DNA from: Macrostomum hystrix
Lineage: Eukaryota; Animalia; Platyhelminthes
DNA: 64,000 nucleotides
Direction of reading: 5' to 3'
Assembly: GCA_950097015.1 (NCBI GenBank)
Contig: CATNEN010000031.1
Span: 62,001-126,000 of the forward strand
Shown: one piece after another, positions 24,458 to 35,115 of the stretch
Numbering within the stretch: the first letter of the stretch is position 1
Layout: each line of letters opens with the position of its first letter
Translations under genes and position numbers: made by a program
Notes under the pieces: model-generated
Database searches by the model: none
The model's input: the letters and a program-made list of their open reading frames with translations, nothing else
Told to the model about the DNA's origin: nothing

Positions 24458-25823
24458 GAGCATGCTGTTCGACACAGTCACTCATTATCGGGCGGCATTC
24501 GCTGATCAGGATCCCCTATTATCTTCTGCTGATGGGCCAGCTAGCGAGTCCGGCCTTCTGCACTGCTGGCTTTCGCATCGAGTATGCTTGTTCCTAGAGT
24601 GTCTGGAGCGCGACTTGGGTCGCGGCGCCGGAGCCAACGGCCGTCTGGAGTCACTAATCTCCTGCTGCATGTACTTTGGCGCCAGTCTGGCAAAAATTGG
24701 TTCTGACTTTAGACCGCATCTGCTTGATCTGTTTAGTCGAGCTGCTATGACTCAGCAGCGAATTGCCATTGAGACTGCACTCAAGCATTTTCATTCTGCA
24801 GTGTACTCGTATGCTCTAGCATTACCAACTGCAGCTTCTATACCAGCGCTTTGGAATATTAACTCGTGTATTGAAAATGAGTATAAAGAAAGCGTCTCTA
24901 CCGGAAAGATGCAAACCATGTCCTTCGATGTAGATGAAATTTCGCCTCCTAGGGACTTAGTGAACTATCCGCCATTGGCTGTGCTTCTTAATGGATTGCT
25001 AACAGGTCTCAACGAACTTCGGCCCTGCATGAGCGTTTCTCTGGTGCCAGGTCTGTGCGATTCTGTCTCCGACCTTATGCAGCGCTCTGTTACCGTACTG
25101 GTCGGCTGGTACTCAGGTGAAACCGGTGCCCTTACGCCTGCGGAGCGACATGGATTCAATTTATGCTGCGCCGCTTTTAAAAGGCTCCTGCTGCCACACG
25201 TGAATCGTTGCCTGGCAGCCATGTGCGACCGAGATCTAGCGGCTACCTATTTGGGTCTGACTGCCACGCAGCGAGCCTCAGATTTGCGAGAATTTGGCTG
25301 CCTTGACGTCGATACCCTGTGTGAGCCTCTGAAACAATTCTTTGGCCCTGGTGAGCAGTCAAATGTGGATATGACCTCCGCCGTCCAAGTTGAAGTTGAC
25401 TTCCATCGATCAAAATACTCGGCGAGACAGAACCATGGTGATGGCTACTGTGTTGATAATTGCGAAAAATACGAAGCTGAAAGTGGTAATCAAAGCAAGC
25501 AAGAAAAAACGGAACAGGATGCTCAAGGCGAACAAGACAACACTGAGGATGATGCTCAAGGCGAACAAGACAACACTGAGGATGATGCTCAAGGCGAACA
25601 AGACAACACTGAGGATGATGCTCAAGGCGAACAAGACAACACTGAGGATGATGCTCAAGGCGAACAAGACAACACTGAGGATGATGCTCAAGGCGAACAA
25701 GACAACACTGAGGATGATGCTCAAGGCGAACAAGACAACACTAAAGAAACAGAAGAAGGTGGGATCAGTGAATTTTTTTCACATGAATCCGTAGGGCGTC
25801 ATGTTACATTCAACCTGCCTTAA
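24458..25823 (+). CDS. COG8: COG8 coding exon 3 with acidic repeat tail
   Basis: Acceptor cacag|G completes the phase-2 Arg. LFDTVTHYRAAFADQDPLL..CMYFGASLAKIGSDFR..YPPLAVLLNGLLTGLNELRPC. Confidence 0.9.
25518..25742 (+). repeat. 7 x 33-bp coding tandem repeat (DDAQGEQDNTE)
   Basis: GCTCAAGGCG recurs at 25521, 25554, 25587, 25620, 25653, 25686 and 25719. Confidence 0.95.
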
Positions 25824-26769
25824 CTATAAACGATTATAAGCCTGACTTCGCCTTTTGTCAAGAACTTATTTTGGAATGTAGAGCGGAACTCTTACTAGTT
25901 AATTACGAACGCACAAAAGAACGTTCGAATAGGCAAATAAATGTACGAATAAACGCCTCAATACACAGAGCTCACTCGTATTTTTACACCATATTATGGT
26001 TCTAGAAGCTGAAAGAAAATGAGCACAAATGTGAGTTCGGCAGGTTGACTGTTTGTGATTTGTAACTATATTTAATTTAATTTCCATTATTTTAATTCAA
26101 TAATTTGATTTAAGTTCTATTTAGTCTGTATGTATTAAATCGTAAATTTGGATGATTAATATTGTACCATGAATCACCAGGAATTCCATGATTTTCTCTG
26201 CAAAAAGGCAAGGAAATCATGCCTGTTAATGGCCATATACCAATAAATGCCCCGTAATTTTTTTCTGGCAGATAATAGCCATAAACCGCCTGAAAAATGA
26301 CCTCAACGAATTATAATAGCTTACTGAGGCAAAAATTTCTGGCACAATACCCATGCTTCAAGAGCATGGGTATTATTGCACTATTGTATAGACATTATGA
26401 TTTAAATATATTGATTGACTAATACTTTTCTTATAAATTGTTGTTATAAGTAGCTAGTAAGTAACTAGCTAGTTTTGTGTTTTTTATACCTTATGCTGTT
26501 CCCGAGTGGTGTTTCGTGGTGATGCAGCTTTGCTTTGTGGTGATGGCATTCTTGTAATAATCACTTTTAAATATACAAAAACATGTAAATGCTAAGGGTG
26601 CTAAGAACATTTCAGGACTATTGCTTGCTCTGAGTACTTGTTAGGTCTGATTAGGCAGAGATTTGTGAAATGTCAACTATCAACTGTATTTTATTACATC
26701 ATAAATTTTCATATTAGAAATTTAATATAGGTGGTTTTTTATTTTTCAACGATTAGAAATCACTAAGGT

Positions 26770-27560
26770 CATGGTCGCTAAGCACGATTTTATCTGCTTA
26801 TCGTTTGATCAGCCCGTCAAACCAGCTTTCCAGAAATCGGCATCAAACTGATTCAGGGATTTGTTGGCTGCATGAATAACCTCATCTACTCGTAGATTCG
26901 TAAAGATCTTGCCGCGCATTGGCATCTTCATCGGGCCGAATAAGTGAAAGTCGGCGCAGGGACTAACCAGACAGTGCACATGATCACACTGCGTCCATGC
27001 CGACCTTATTGCCTTTTGGTGAGGGTGGCAAGCCTCTAGGACCCCAATGCATCGACTGCTATGTCAGCGGCTGGAACATGGCTGCGGCATCTCGTCGATT
27101 GTAATAAGCAGCTCCTTGAATTTGCTATTTGCCCATGTCAATCCACAGCACCCAGTTCTCCAGTGAGTAAGAAGTAGGTGAGTGAGTGAGTTCTCCCACA
27201 CGAGCTTTCTTGTGCTGCTCTGTAAGCTCTCGTGGAACCCACTTCGCGCAGATCTTTGAGTATCCTTAATGTTGCAGAAAGCAGGACACAGACGAACTGT
27301 ATATACCACACACGCTCTCCATTTTACGCATTCGCGACAAATTTTCATTCAAAAAATGTAGGACAGCAGTCGCTTGGTCTTGACCTGTGCTCGGGCGTGG
27401 GCGGCCAGATCGTGGGGTATCAGGGCAAGCAGTAGTCCGGAAACTTGCAGCACCCCTCGCCACATATCGCATATAAAGACTGGTATTTTTGCTTGTTGTA
27501 GCTTAGTCTTGCACATTGTGACGTGTGCCCTCCGAATGTATTAAATAGAAACAATTGTCA
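26770..27560 (-). pseudogene. Mariner transposase remnant
   Basis: DTPRSGRP, GYSKICAKWVPRELTEQHKKARV, and SPCADFHLFGPMKMPMRGKIF..QFDADFWKAG, across frameshifts and deletions. Confidence 0.85.
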
Positions 27561-27783
27561 TTTTTTCGTTTCCTTTTGCTAACAGCTTATAAAAGAGCTT
27601 AAAGAACAGAGGCTTTCTCCAGTGTACTCTAGATTCAAATTCTATTCCTCTTAAAAACTGCGAGTTTCTAATAAAGCTTTCAGTAAAGATTTTCGTCTCT
27701 CGACCACTGTATTTAAACGCTAAGCTAATTCTTCTCCCCTAATTCAGTGGAGGGCGGCTGGTCATATTTATGCACGCGGGGAA

Positions 27784-27861
27784 AGAAGGTTCTAGAAAGA
27801 CGGGGAGAGGAAACTTCTGGAACTATGCGTAAACAAGTCCTGCTGTGGAAGTTTCTAGAAA
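27784..27861. promoter_or_regulatory. Cluster of three perfect tri-pentamer heat-shock elements
   Basis: GAAggTTCtaGAA (27785-27797), GAAacTTCtgGAA (27810-27822), GAAgtTTCtaGAA (27848-27860). Function not shown. Confidence 0.6.
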
Positions 27862-29407
27862 CCCTGTCTCCGAACTATCCCTGCGCGTTGCATGCAATTG
27901 CAATACACAACAAAATCAACCTCGAATATGGACGCACGTTTCGCTAGCCGCAACCCAGCCGCATCACTTTTTAAAATCACTTGTACCACTTGCAAAATCC
28001 GTCTTTTCTAATAGATTTTGACTATATTTAATTGTACCACACGTTAAATTATCTTCATATTGCTAATCATGTCACTTTTGAAGCCTTCAAATTTCCGGAT
28101 TTAAAAAAATCGGTGCGGCTGGCATTGGGCTGCGCCCAATCACTTGCGCCCTTGCTTTTGATTAGATTCTTGTACCGTTTTTAATTTATAAAATTTCAGC
28201 AAACTGCGCATCTTTTGAGCTCAAAAGTTGATCTGAACGAGCTTTAATAAGTCGGTATCCTACGGCTCTTTCACTAGCCTGTTTCAGTAATTAGGACATG
28301 GGCAGTAAAAGTTGGGTCCATCTCGGGGGCAAACATTTTTGCATTTGACAATGGCAAATCGATGGAGCATCTCCAGAGCATTCCAACGACACCAATAACC
28401 AACCAGAAGGCTGTAAAAGTTCATCTAAAGGTCTTGACCCCCGCCTAGGCAGATCCATGTAAGGAGATTCGGACGCACACTGGCGGCTGCCAGCTGGCCT
28501 AAATGGACAAAAATCTACGGGACATATGGCATCGGACACGAAATTTTAGATGCTTTCTAGGTGGCGTATAATTGATTTTGGGACCCCCCGATCTTAATTC
28601 TGATAGATCTGACGAAATTTAAGGCCCAGTACTTTAATTATTAAAACTGTTAGAAGTCATCGCCTTCGAAATCTGGGCTCTACTAGCCAGTATAAGAAAG
28701 TGCAACAACACTGAATATTGATTAGATGGGAATTACTATGGCGCTTTTTAGGCTAATTTTGACCCACAAAAGTTTGGCCGGCCAAAATAGAAAGTGTCTA
28801 TTGAGCGAAAAAAAAAACTTAAAACAGTACGAGCTCGTACTTTTATTAACTATATTGCATAATCGACTAGCGCAATCTGTAGCCGAAGTGGCGGCCTCTC
28901 TAAGTGGGCCTATCAATTGACAATGACACATTTTTGACGCTTAATGCATGAAAATGAATTAATTCGTTCAACACGATTTCGAATTTTCATCACCTGGGGA
29001 AATACCGTCATGGATTACCCTTAACGATCTTGCTTAGCAGCCTTAATCGCACAGATTTTTCGACGGTTAGGTGTAACGGTCATGAGGGTTAGTGTAGCGG
29101 TAATATCGTCGAATTATATTTGATATCAATAAGTGTGTATATATATATATCCAAAGTAATCCCGATGCTCACACGCTCGACACAAGGCACGGTAGAGCAG
29201 AAAAATATACATACGTTGCTTTTTAAAAAGGACAGCTAATTCTTAGAATGATACAATATAACAATAATTAGTAAACATGCTTAGCATATAAATAATAATC
29301 TTGTCAGCAACTTGTAATGTAGCGAATTACTATAAAATAAATAAGCAATTAAACTACCAATTAAACTACAATTAAAGGTTACACCGTCACAACGCTTGTG
29401 AACTCAT

Positions 29408-29907
29408 GAGTGGGTCTTTCACCGCATTGTTTTCCGCATGGTTTTCCGCACGGTTTTTTTTCGTGTAAAAATAAAAAAAATTTTGTATGGTGTAAAAATT
29501 ACTGTGAAACTGTAATTTAATTTAATGGATGGTATGATATGACCTGGTATAGTATTAATCTTGTATGATGAAGTAGTCTATATGTTAGCATATGACATGA
29601 TCTGGTATGATATGGTATGATATGGCATAATCTGGTATGATATGGCATGATTTTGTATTATATGGCCTGATATGGTATAATATGGCATGTTATGGTATGA
29701 TATGGCATGATCTGGTAAGATATGACCTAGTATCATATAATCTTGTATGATATAGTTGTTAGAATCTCTTTCATATGTTTGCTAAAAATGTTACCAAGGA
29801 TTATTGCAGCACATGAGTGCTTTATTCAAGTCAGCATGATGCAAAAATACAGGAAAAAAACCATGCGGAAAACCATGCGGAAAACAATGCGGTGAAAGAT
29901 TTATACG
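29408..29907. mobile_element. 500-bp foldback/MITE-like element with (ATATG)n-like core
   Basis: Subterminal IR of ~47 bp (29415-29461 vs 29853-29899). Flanking 12-bp direct repeat TTGTGAACTCAT (29396-29407 and 29908-29919). Confidence 0.7.
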
Positions 29908-31434
29908 TTGTGAACTCATTGACTTAATTGCTTCGCTTGTATTCTTCCAATTGATCACGAAGTGGTTATATTTAGGTCTTACTTTTCAGTAGTTACAGAA
30001 ACCAATAAGTAAAATTCAAGCGAAGCAAGACTAGGCCTATGACCATTGTTTCAATGAAAATGTAAATGTGTAGTTGTACTGAAATTCAGCGAATCAAAAA
30101 AGTTTTCAGATTATTTCTCCTGAAGTAGGCCTACTGAAAAAATCTTCAGTTTTAGTTTGTTGAAACGGTAAAAATTTTGTGCACTGCGCATAAGTGTACT
30201 TGTTCAAAGAGAAGTTATATGATTTTGTGCTTTGTAGAAACAGCTTGGTGTGTGCATGCAAGACTTCATATTCTGAACTTGGACTGTTTACTCTGTCTGC
30301 TTCAGGCACTGCAGAGACCAACTTCAAATTTGTAGTATACTCCTCTCTTTCATTTTTGCTTACTAGCTGGGCAATGAGCTTGAACTTTTGTTATATATGT
30401 ATGTACACTAAAGCACCTGTGGTACGTGAGTTTTGTGAATTAAAAACACTGTTTGAATGCTATTGTTGGTCTTGTCAGTATCAGAATGTTGTGCGGGGGC
30501 TATCTGTTATTTTATGCGGTAGAACACTTTCCAGCGAGCAATTGCACTGGAAAGAATCGTTTGGAAGCATATATTTGCTAAGAATTTTTAATTTCTGTTA
30601 CCTTACAAAATCTAGTTTGTTATTGATAGCAATGTAAGAGATGGGTGGAATTCTACTTCATAGTGAAATACCCAATCGTTCCGAAAGATGTCTAAACCGC
30701 ATGCTTTTCAAGGCTTTGGTGCCCCGGTTCTCACTGCCGCCGCCGTGAAATCCATTCTTGCCGCCTTGCAGGACCTGCCGCAAGTGCAGCTGGTTGTAGG
30801 CTTGGAGTCACTTGTTCATGTTGACTCGGAATAGGGACACTGACACCCTGAAATGAACTCGAAATGAACTTACATATTATGCATATTAATATATGCATAT
30901 GCATCAGCAAAATAAATTGCATGTAACTAACAGGCGTTCGAGCACAGTTTTTCTTTAAAAAGTTACCTTTCCTTTAAAATGCTCACGCTGTTTTTTTCTC
31001 AATAAAAATCTCTTAAAGAAAATAATTCAATTTGGTTGAAGAATAAGTTGACATTCGTTCTTAATGCTTTCCTTAGATCAGATTCGGAAACGCACTGACG
31101 AAAAAACTAAACAGAATCTAAATTAAATGGCAGCATGTTTCTTCATGCTCTTCTGTTTGTATGATTACTAGCTTTTATTTAAAAAAGATGTTTTCAGACT
31201 GATTAGAGATAATAAGTTTTTTAAGCATATCTAAGTTGGCTGCAGATAGCAGTACGAGTAGTTCAAATTGATCATGCTAATGTTATATATAGTTGTCGTG
31301 TATGTAGCGTCATTGTTTATAGGATTTCATAGACAGGAGTACTAAGTGCCTAAGAAATGTGTGCACTCATTCACGATCGTCTCGTGTCTACTGCGCCATC
31401 AGCCTGGGCAGTATTGTTACGCTCATTATGAACT

Positions 31435-32067
31435 TCATTTTTCAAGCACCAGAACCTCGTAATGCTCATGCTTGTGCTCATTGCCACCCCACGGGAAGTA
31501 AGCGCAGTTATGGTCCCTATGAATCTTGCCGACGCACATCGAGCCGTTGACCTGAAAGTTTGAGAATAGCGAGTTTATGTACGGCTCATAAGTGTCGTAT
31601 TATGAATTTACTGCAACCCATCATGTTCACGTAGCTGCGTAGTGCGTACATGTTAAATGAGCTGTGCTATTGCTAATAAAATAATACAAGCGAAATAAAA
31701 TAATCACCTCTCCTCTGGCAATGTATAGTGGAGCGCCATCGTCTAGCCGACCGGCAACCAGGGCTGTCTTCGGTGCGTTGCCGTTTGAGTCACTCACCCA
31801 CTTGTATCCCTTGCCGTAGCAACCAATCTCGGAGCAAGCAAGCACCTCGTATTCTGGGATGGTGTGCTCCTGCCCGCCATAGGGAACGTAGGCACCCGGA
31901 TGGCCCTGTGCTATTTTAGCTGGCACCCAGTTGCCTTCGAACTTGGCGCGGCCTACGTAGATGCCCGGTGCAGCTTCAACGGCGTTCGGTGGGATTTGTC
32001 CGCCTCTAGCTGGTTGCCAGCTTACGCAGATTTCAACACCCTTGTGAGCATGGTTCACTTTGCTCAT
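31435..32067 (-). CDS. DM9-repeat (DUF3421) protein, 158 aa; exons 32067-31708 and 31551-31435
   Basis: Two DM9 repeats: W..ARGGQIPPNAV..YVGRA..PAK..YVPYGGQEH..YEVL, and WV..GNAPKTALVAG..LYIARGE|VNGSMCVGKI..AYFPWGGNEH..YEVL. Phase-0 GT-AG intron. Confidence 0.9.
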
Positions 32068-32521
32068 TGTTTATGCTACAGCTTTCCTAATGCGCGAGAC
32101 AACTGACTGAGCTTGTACTCGTAATTTGAGGAGAGGTGACCAAGCAGCAAGCGGCGTCTTCGCTTTGCCTTTTATGCCTGAATTTACACTGGGGTGAGTT
32201 TTGGTCGCTAACCGGTTGAGTCCAGAAATATTGCGAACTCGTCTATATTTAGACTGCCCGTGCTGCTTTTGTTAGAGTATGTTGTCCCAAAGGAATGAAA
32301 ATTTTGAATGTTTCTTTACTCTTACTTACTTACTTACTAGTAAGTAAGTAAGAGTACTACTTCAAAATGTATTTGCATATGACAGTTGTACTTCTAGTTG
32401 TATACGAGTATCATATGGTGTTAGTTGTAGACTGCCTCACAGTTTTATTTTAAAAATCACAATACTCAGAAATCGCACAGGGAAGTTAATTTTACTTGAA
32501 CATATTCTTCTGAGCATAATT

Positions 32522-32800
32522 GGACTGGTGAATTACTTTGGAAAGTTTATTCCGAATCTGGCCAATCTGATGCACGCAATTTACTTGCTACTTCGCAAAG
32601 TAAAGGATTTTGAATGGCCAGCTGGGTGCGAATCTATATTCAAGCAATTCAAAGGTCAACATACCTCAAGCAAGGTGCTGACTCCCTTTGGCGTCACCTA
32701 TCGTCCTTGGCGCGTAGTGTGACAACTTCATCGAAGTCTCATTTCAGAAAGTTGCACTATTCTTTCTGGCATTTTGCAATTCAATGCCCAAAGGTATCGC
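32522..32800 (+). pseudogene. Short Gypsy pol (RT connection/RNase H) relic
   Basis: GLVNYFGKFIPNLANLMHAIYLLLRK..FEW..CESIF. Confidence 0.6.
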
Positions 32801-34122
32801 CCACATTATACTAGTACAAACGGGCTGCATCCCAAGCAGCTGATCAATCATTTATCCCATCAGGAAAACAAGCGTTAAATGCCAACACAGCTCACGATTG
32901 TGAGCACGCCACAGCCAAGTTAGCGCGGTCAATTCTTATAAAACGAAGACGGTGAATCGCCGATGAAAAGAACTTCAAATGTCCTAATTAAAAAGATGCA
33001 CTGGTGGCAGGAAGTCGTTTACAGCTATTCGCGTTTCTAGGCACTCGTTCGTATGAAATCAAGTTCAGGTCAACAGTTCGTCATTACAATGCATTTGGTC
33101 TGTCAAGGCTGCCAGGGAATGCAGGAGCAGTTTGGTGCAGATCCGGGATATACTAATGCAGCCTTTAAACTTTCTGTTGCGTACAAAACCGCACAGCATA
33201 TCGGGCAAGACGCCAGTCGAACCTAATACAAAGTTAACCAAGGCTGGAGGGACCATTAGCTGACCCGGCGGTCAAAGCAAAGTAAAAACGGGGCCCCTAG
33301 CGCAACCCCAGGGTAAAAGAGAAGGGGCTCAGAATTCAACGCATGGTTTAGGTGCAACGGGCGCCGGTGCATGACAGTAGTTTCATTTTAAACTCTGTAA
33401 TAACATCATGTATCGTAACGTATACTTTTGTAATGAAATTTTTTCTATTGTACAACTGCCTCTAATAGAGATATGATCACTCAACGGATTTGACCGTTCG
33501 GGCTAGCTTTGCCACTGCATGTGCGTTGACAAACGCAGCTAAATATGCTGGCTACAAAAACATCCCTGTTGCACATTACACGTACATGTACATAAATAGC
33601 TGCGCAAGGGATAAATGGGAAGGCCCCCTTCGCCAGGCAAAAAATTGCCAATCAACGTTGCCCAGCGACTGTTGCTCGATGACGCGGTGGTGTTTGCGCA
33701 GCTTGCAGTTTTTTATACAAGTATTTGCACCAAGTATCGTGGATCATGCCTGTAGTGATCCTTATATATCACGATTCGTGCTGTTCGTATATATTAACCA
33801 TTATAAATCACTATGCACAAGACAATGTTAAAGACAGTGTTTTAAAACCCTAGTATAGGGCAGATAGGCTCTCATGAAACGTACTTTAATTTCGTATTTG
33901 TCTCAAGGACCTTCGTCATGTCATATACAACGAGTAGAGGTACAGGACACGTACCGTTTCTGAGAATTGTAATAATTTGAAAATTTTCGCTTTAAAAGTT
34001 CCACTTCATCTAATGATTTTTAAGTCCTGTGCCACTCATGCTCAGCAAGGGATACTCAAGTAGTTTATTCAAAATCCTGTTTTTGTCTATACGAATGAAA
34101 GTCACACATCAATTGCCTAGCG

Positions 34123-34349
34123 CAGGGGTAGGCAAACTTATTTGCTGGCGGGCCAAAGAGAGAACCTAAAAGACGACAGCGGGCCGCATTGACTGTATAA
34201 ATATGAGATAGGGGAGAGATGAGACACGGGAGAGATGAGACACGAGAGAGATGAAACAGGACACTGTAGATGTCAGAAGGGGCAACGGGCCGGATTTGGG
34301 AGCTTCGAGGGCCGCATCTGGCCCGCGGGCCGGAGTTTGCCGACCCCTG
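34123..34349. mobile_element. hAT MITE (Buster/Charlie-like)
   Basis: TIR CAGGGGTAGGCAAACT / AGTTTGCCGACCCCTG. 8-bp TSD GCCTAGCG (34115-34122 and 34350-34357) with central TA. Confidence 0.9.
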
Positions 34350-35115
34350 GCCTAGCGACTCGCCACATATAAAGTTGAGGGCGCCACTCATGGTTTTAAT
34401 CACACAATGTGAGCAATTTTGTAAAAACTTTTTTCATTTCTTGTGTTTTTCAATAATTTTTTATGCATGCACTAATTGTCTCGTGATTCGTCAGGCGTTC
34501 GTTTGGCGCCCACACTCATTGCTTTTCTGGTACTAAATCATTTTAGTCGCCGTGTGTTTATGAATAAGCGAAAAGCAAATAGATCTTGCCACAAATAGAA
34601 CCAAATAGAAAGTGCCACATGGATCTAGTGACAAAGAACATGTATACTAATGGTTCATTCATTATGGGACGATTGAGTAACTGAATTCGCGCTTACTTCA
34701 CATGCATTCATGAGGCATGAAAACTAAATATCGCTATTTAAAAATAGTTAACACATGGCAACTACAGCTTTCACAATGATGTTGGGCGGCAATCAGCGGC
34801 CAGTTGCGACTTCTAACATTAATGATGATGATAAAAAGCTGCGAAGTGAATTAGAATTAATGGCTCAATTAGCACAGTTACAGTTATTGGCTAGAAGTAC
34901 GCATTTACGCTCGTACATGTTTAATCGAATGAGTTCCAAGACAGAGTCCACAAAGATGTTATAGTCATCTGTCTCTTTCGGCAGCAATTCAACATGCACA
35001 TCGTCCAGCTCAGTCCACTGAAAGTGGCAAAGGATGCATTATTTTCCCATAAAAGAAGTAAAGAAGTAAAGAAGAAATAAAATAAGTGGCACATGCAGTA
35101 CTAATGAGTACTCAC

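Noticed and set aside
26600-27930. TIRs for the mariner remnant
   Set aside because: Only loose similarity between candidate ends; boundaries cannot be supported.
30815-30830. In-frame TGA in a Cys-rich reading (CQCPYSEST*..CTCGRSC) as possible selenocysteine or laminin-EGF
   Set aside because: No SECIS identified and the cysteine spacing does not fit EGF.
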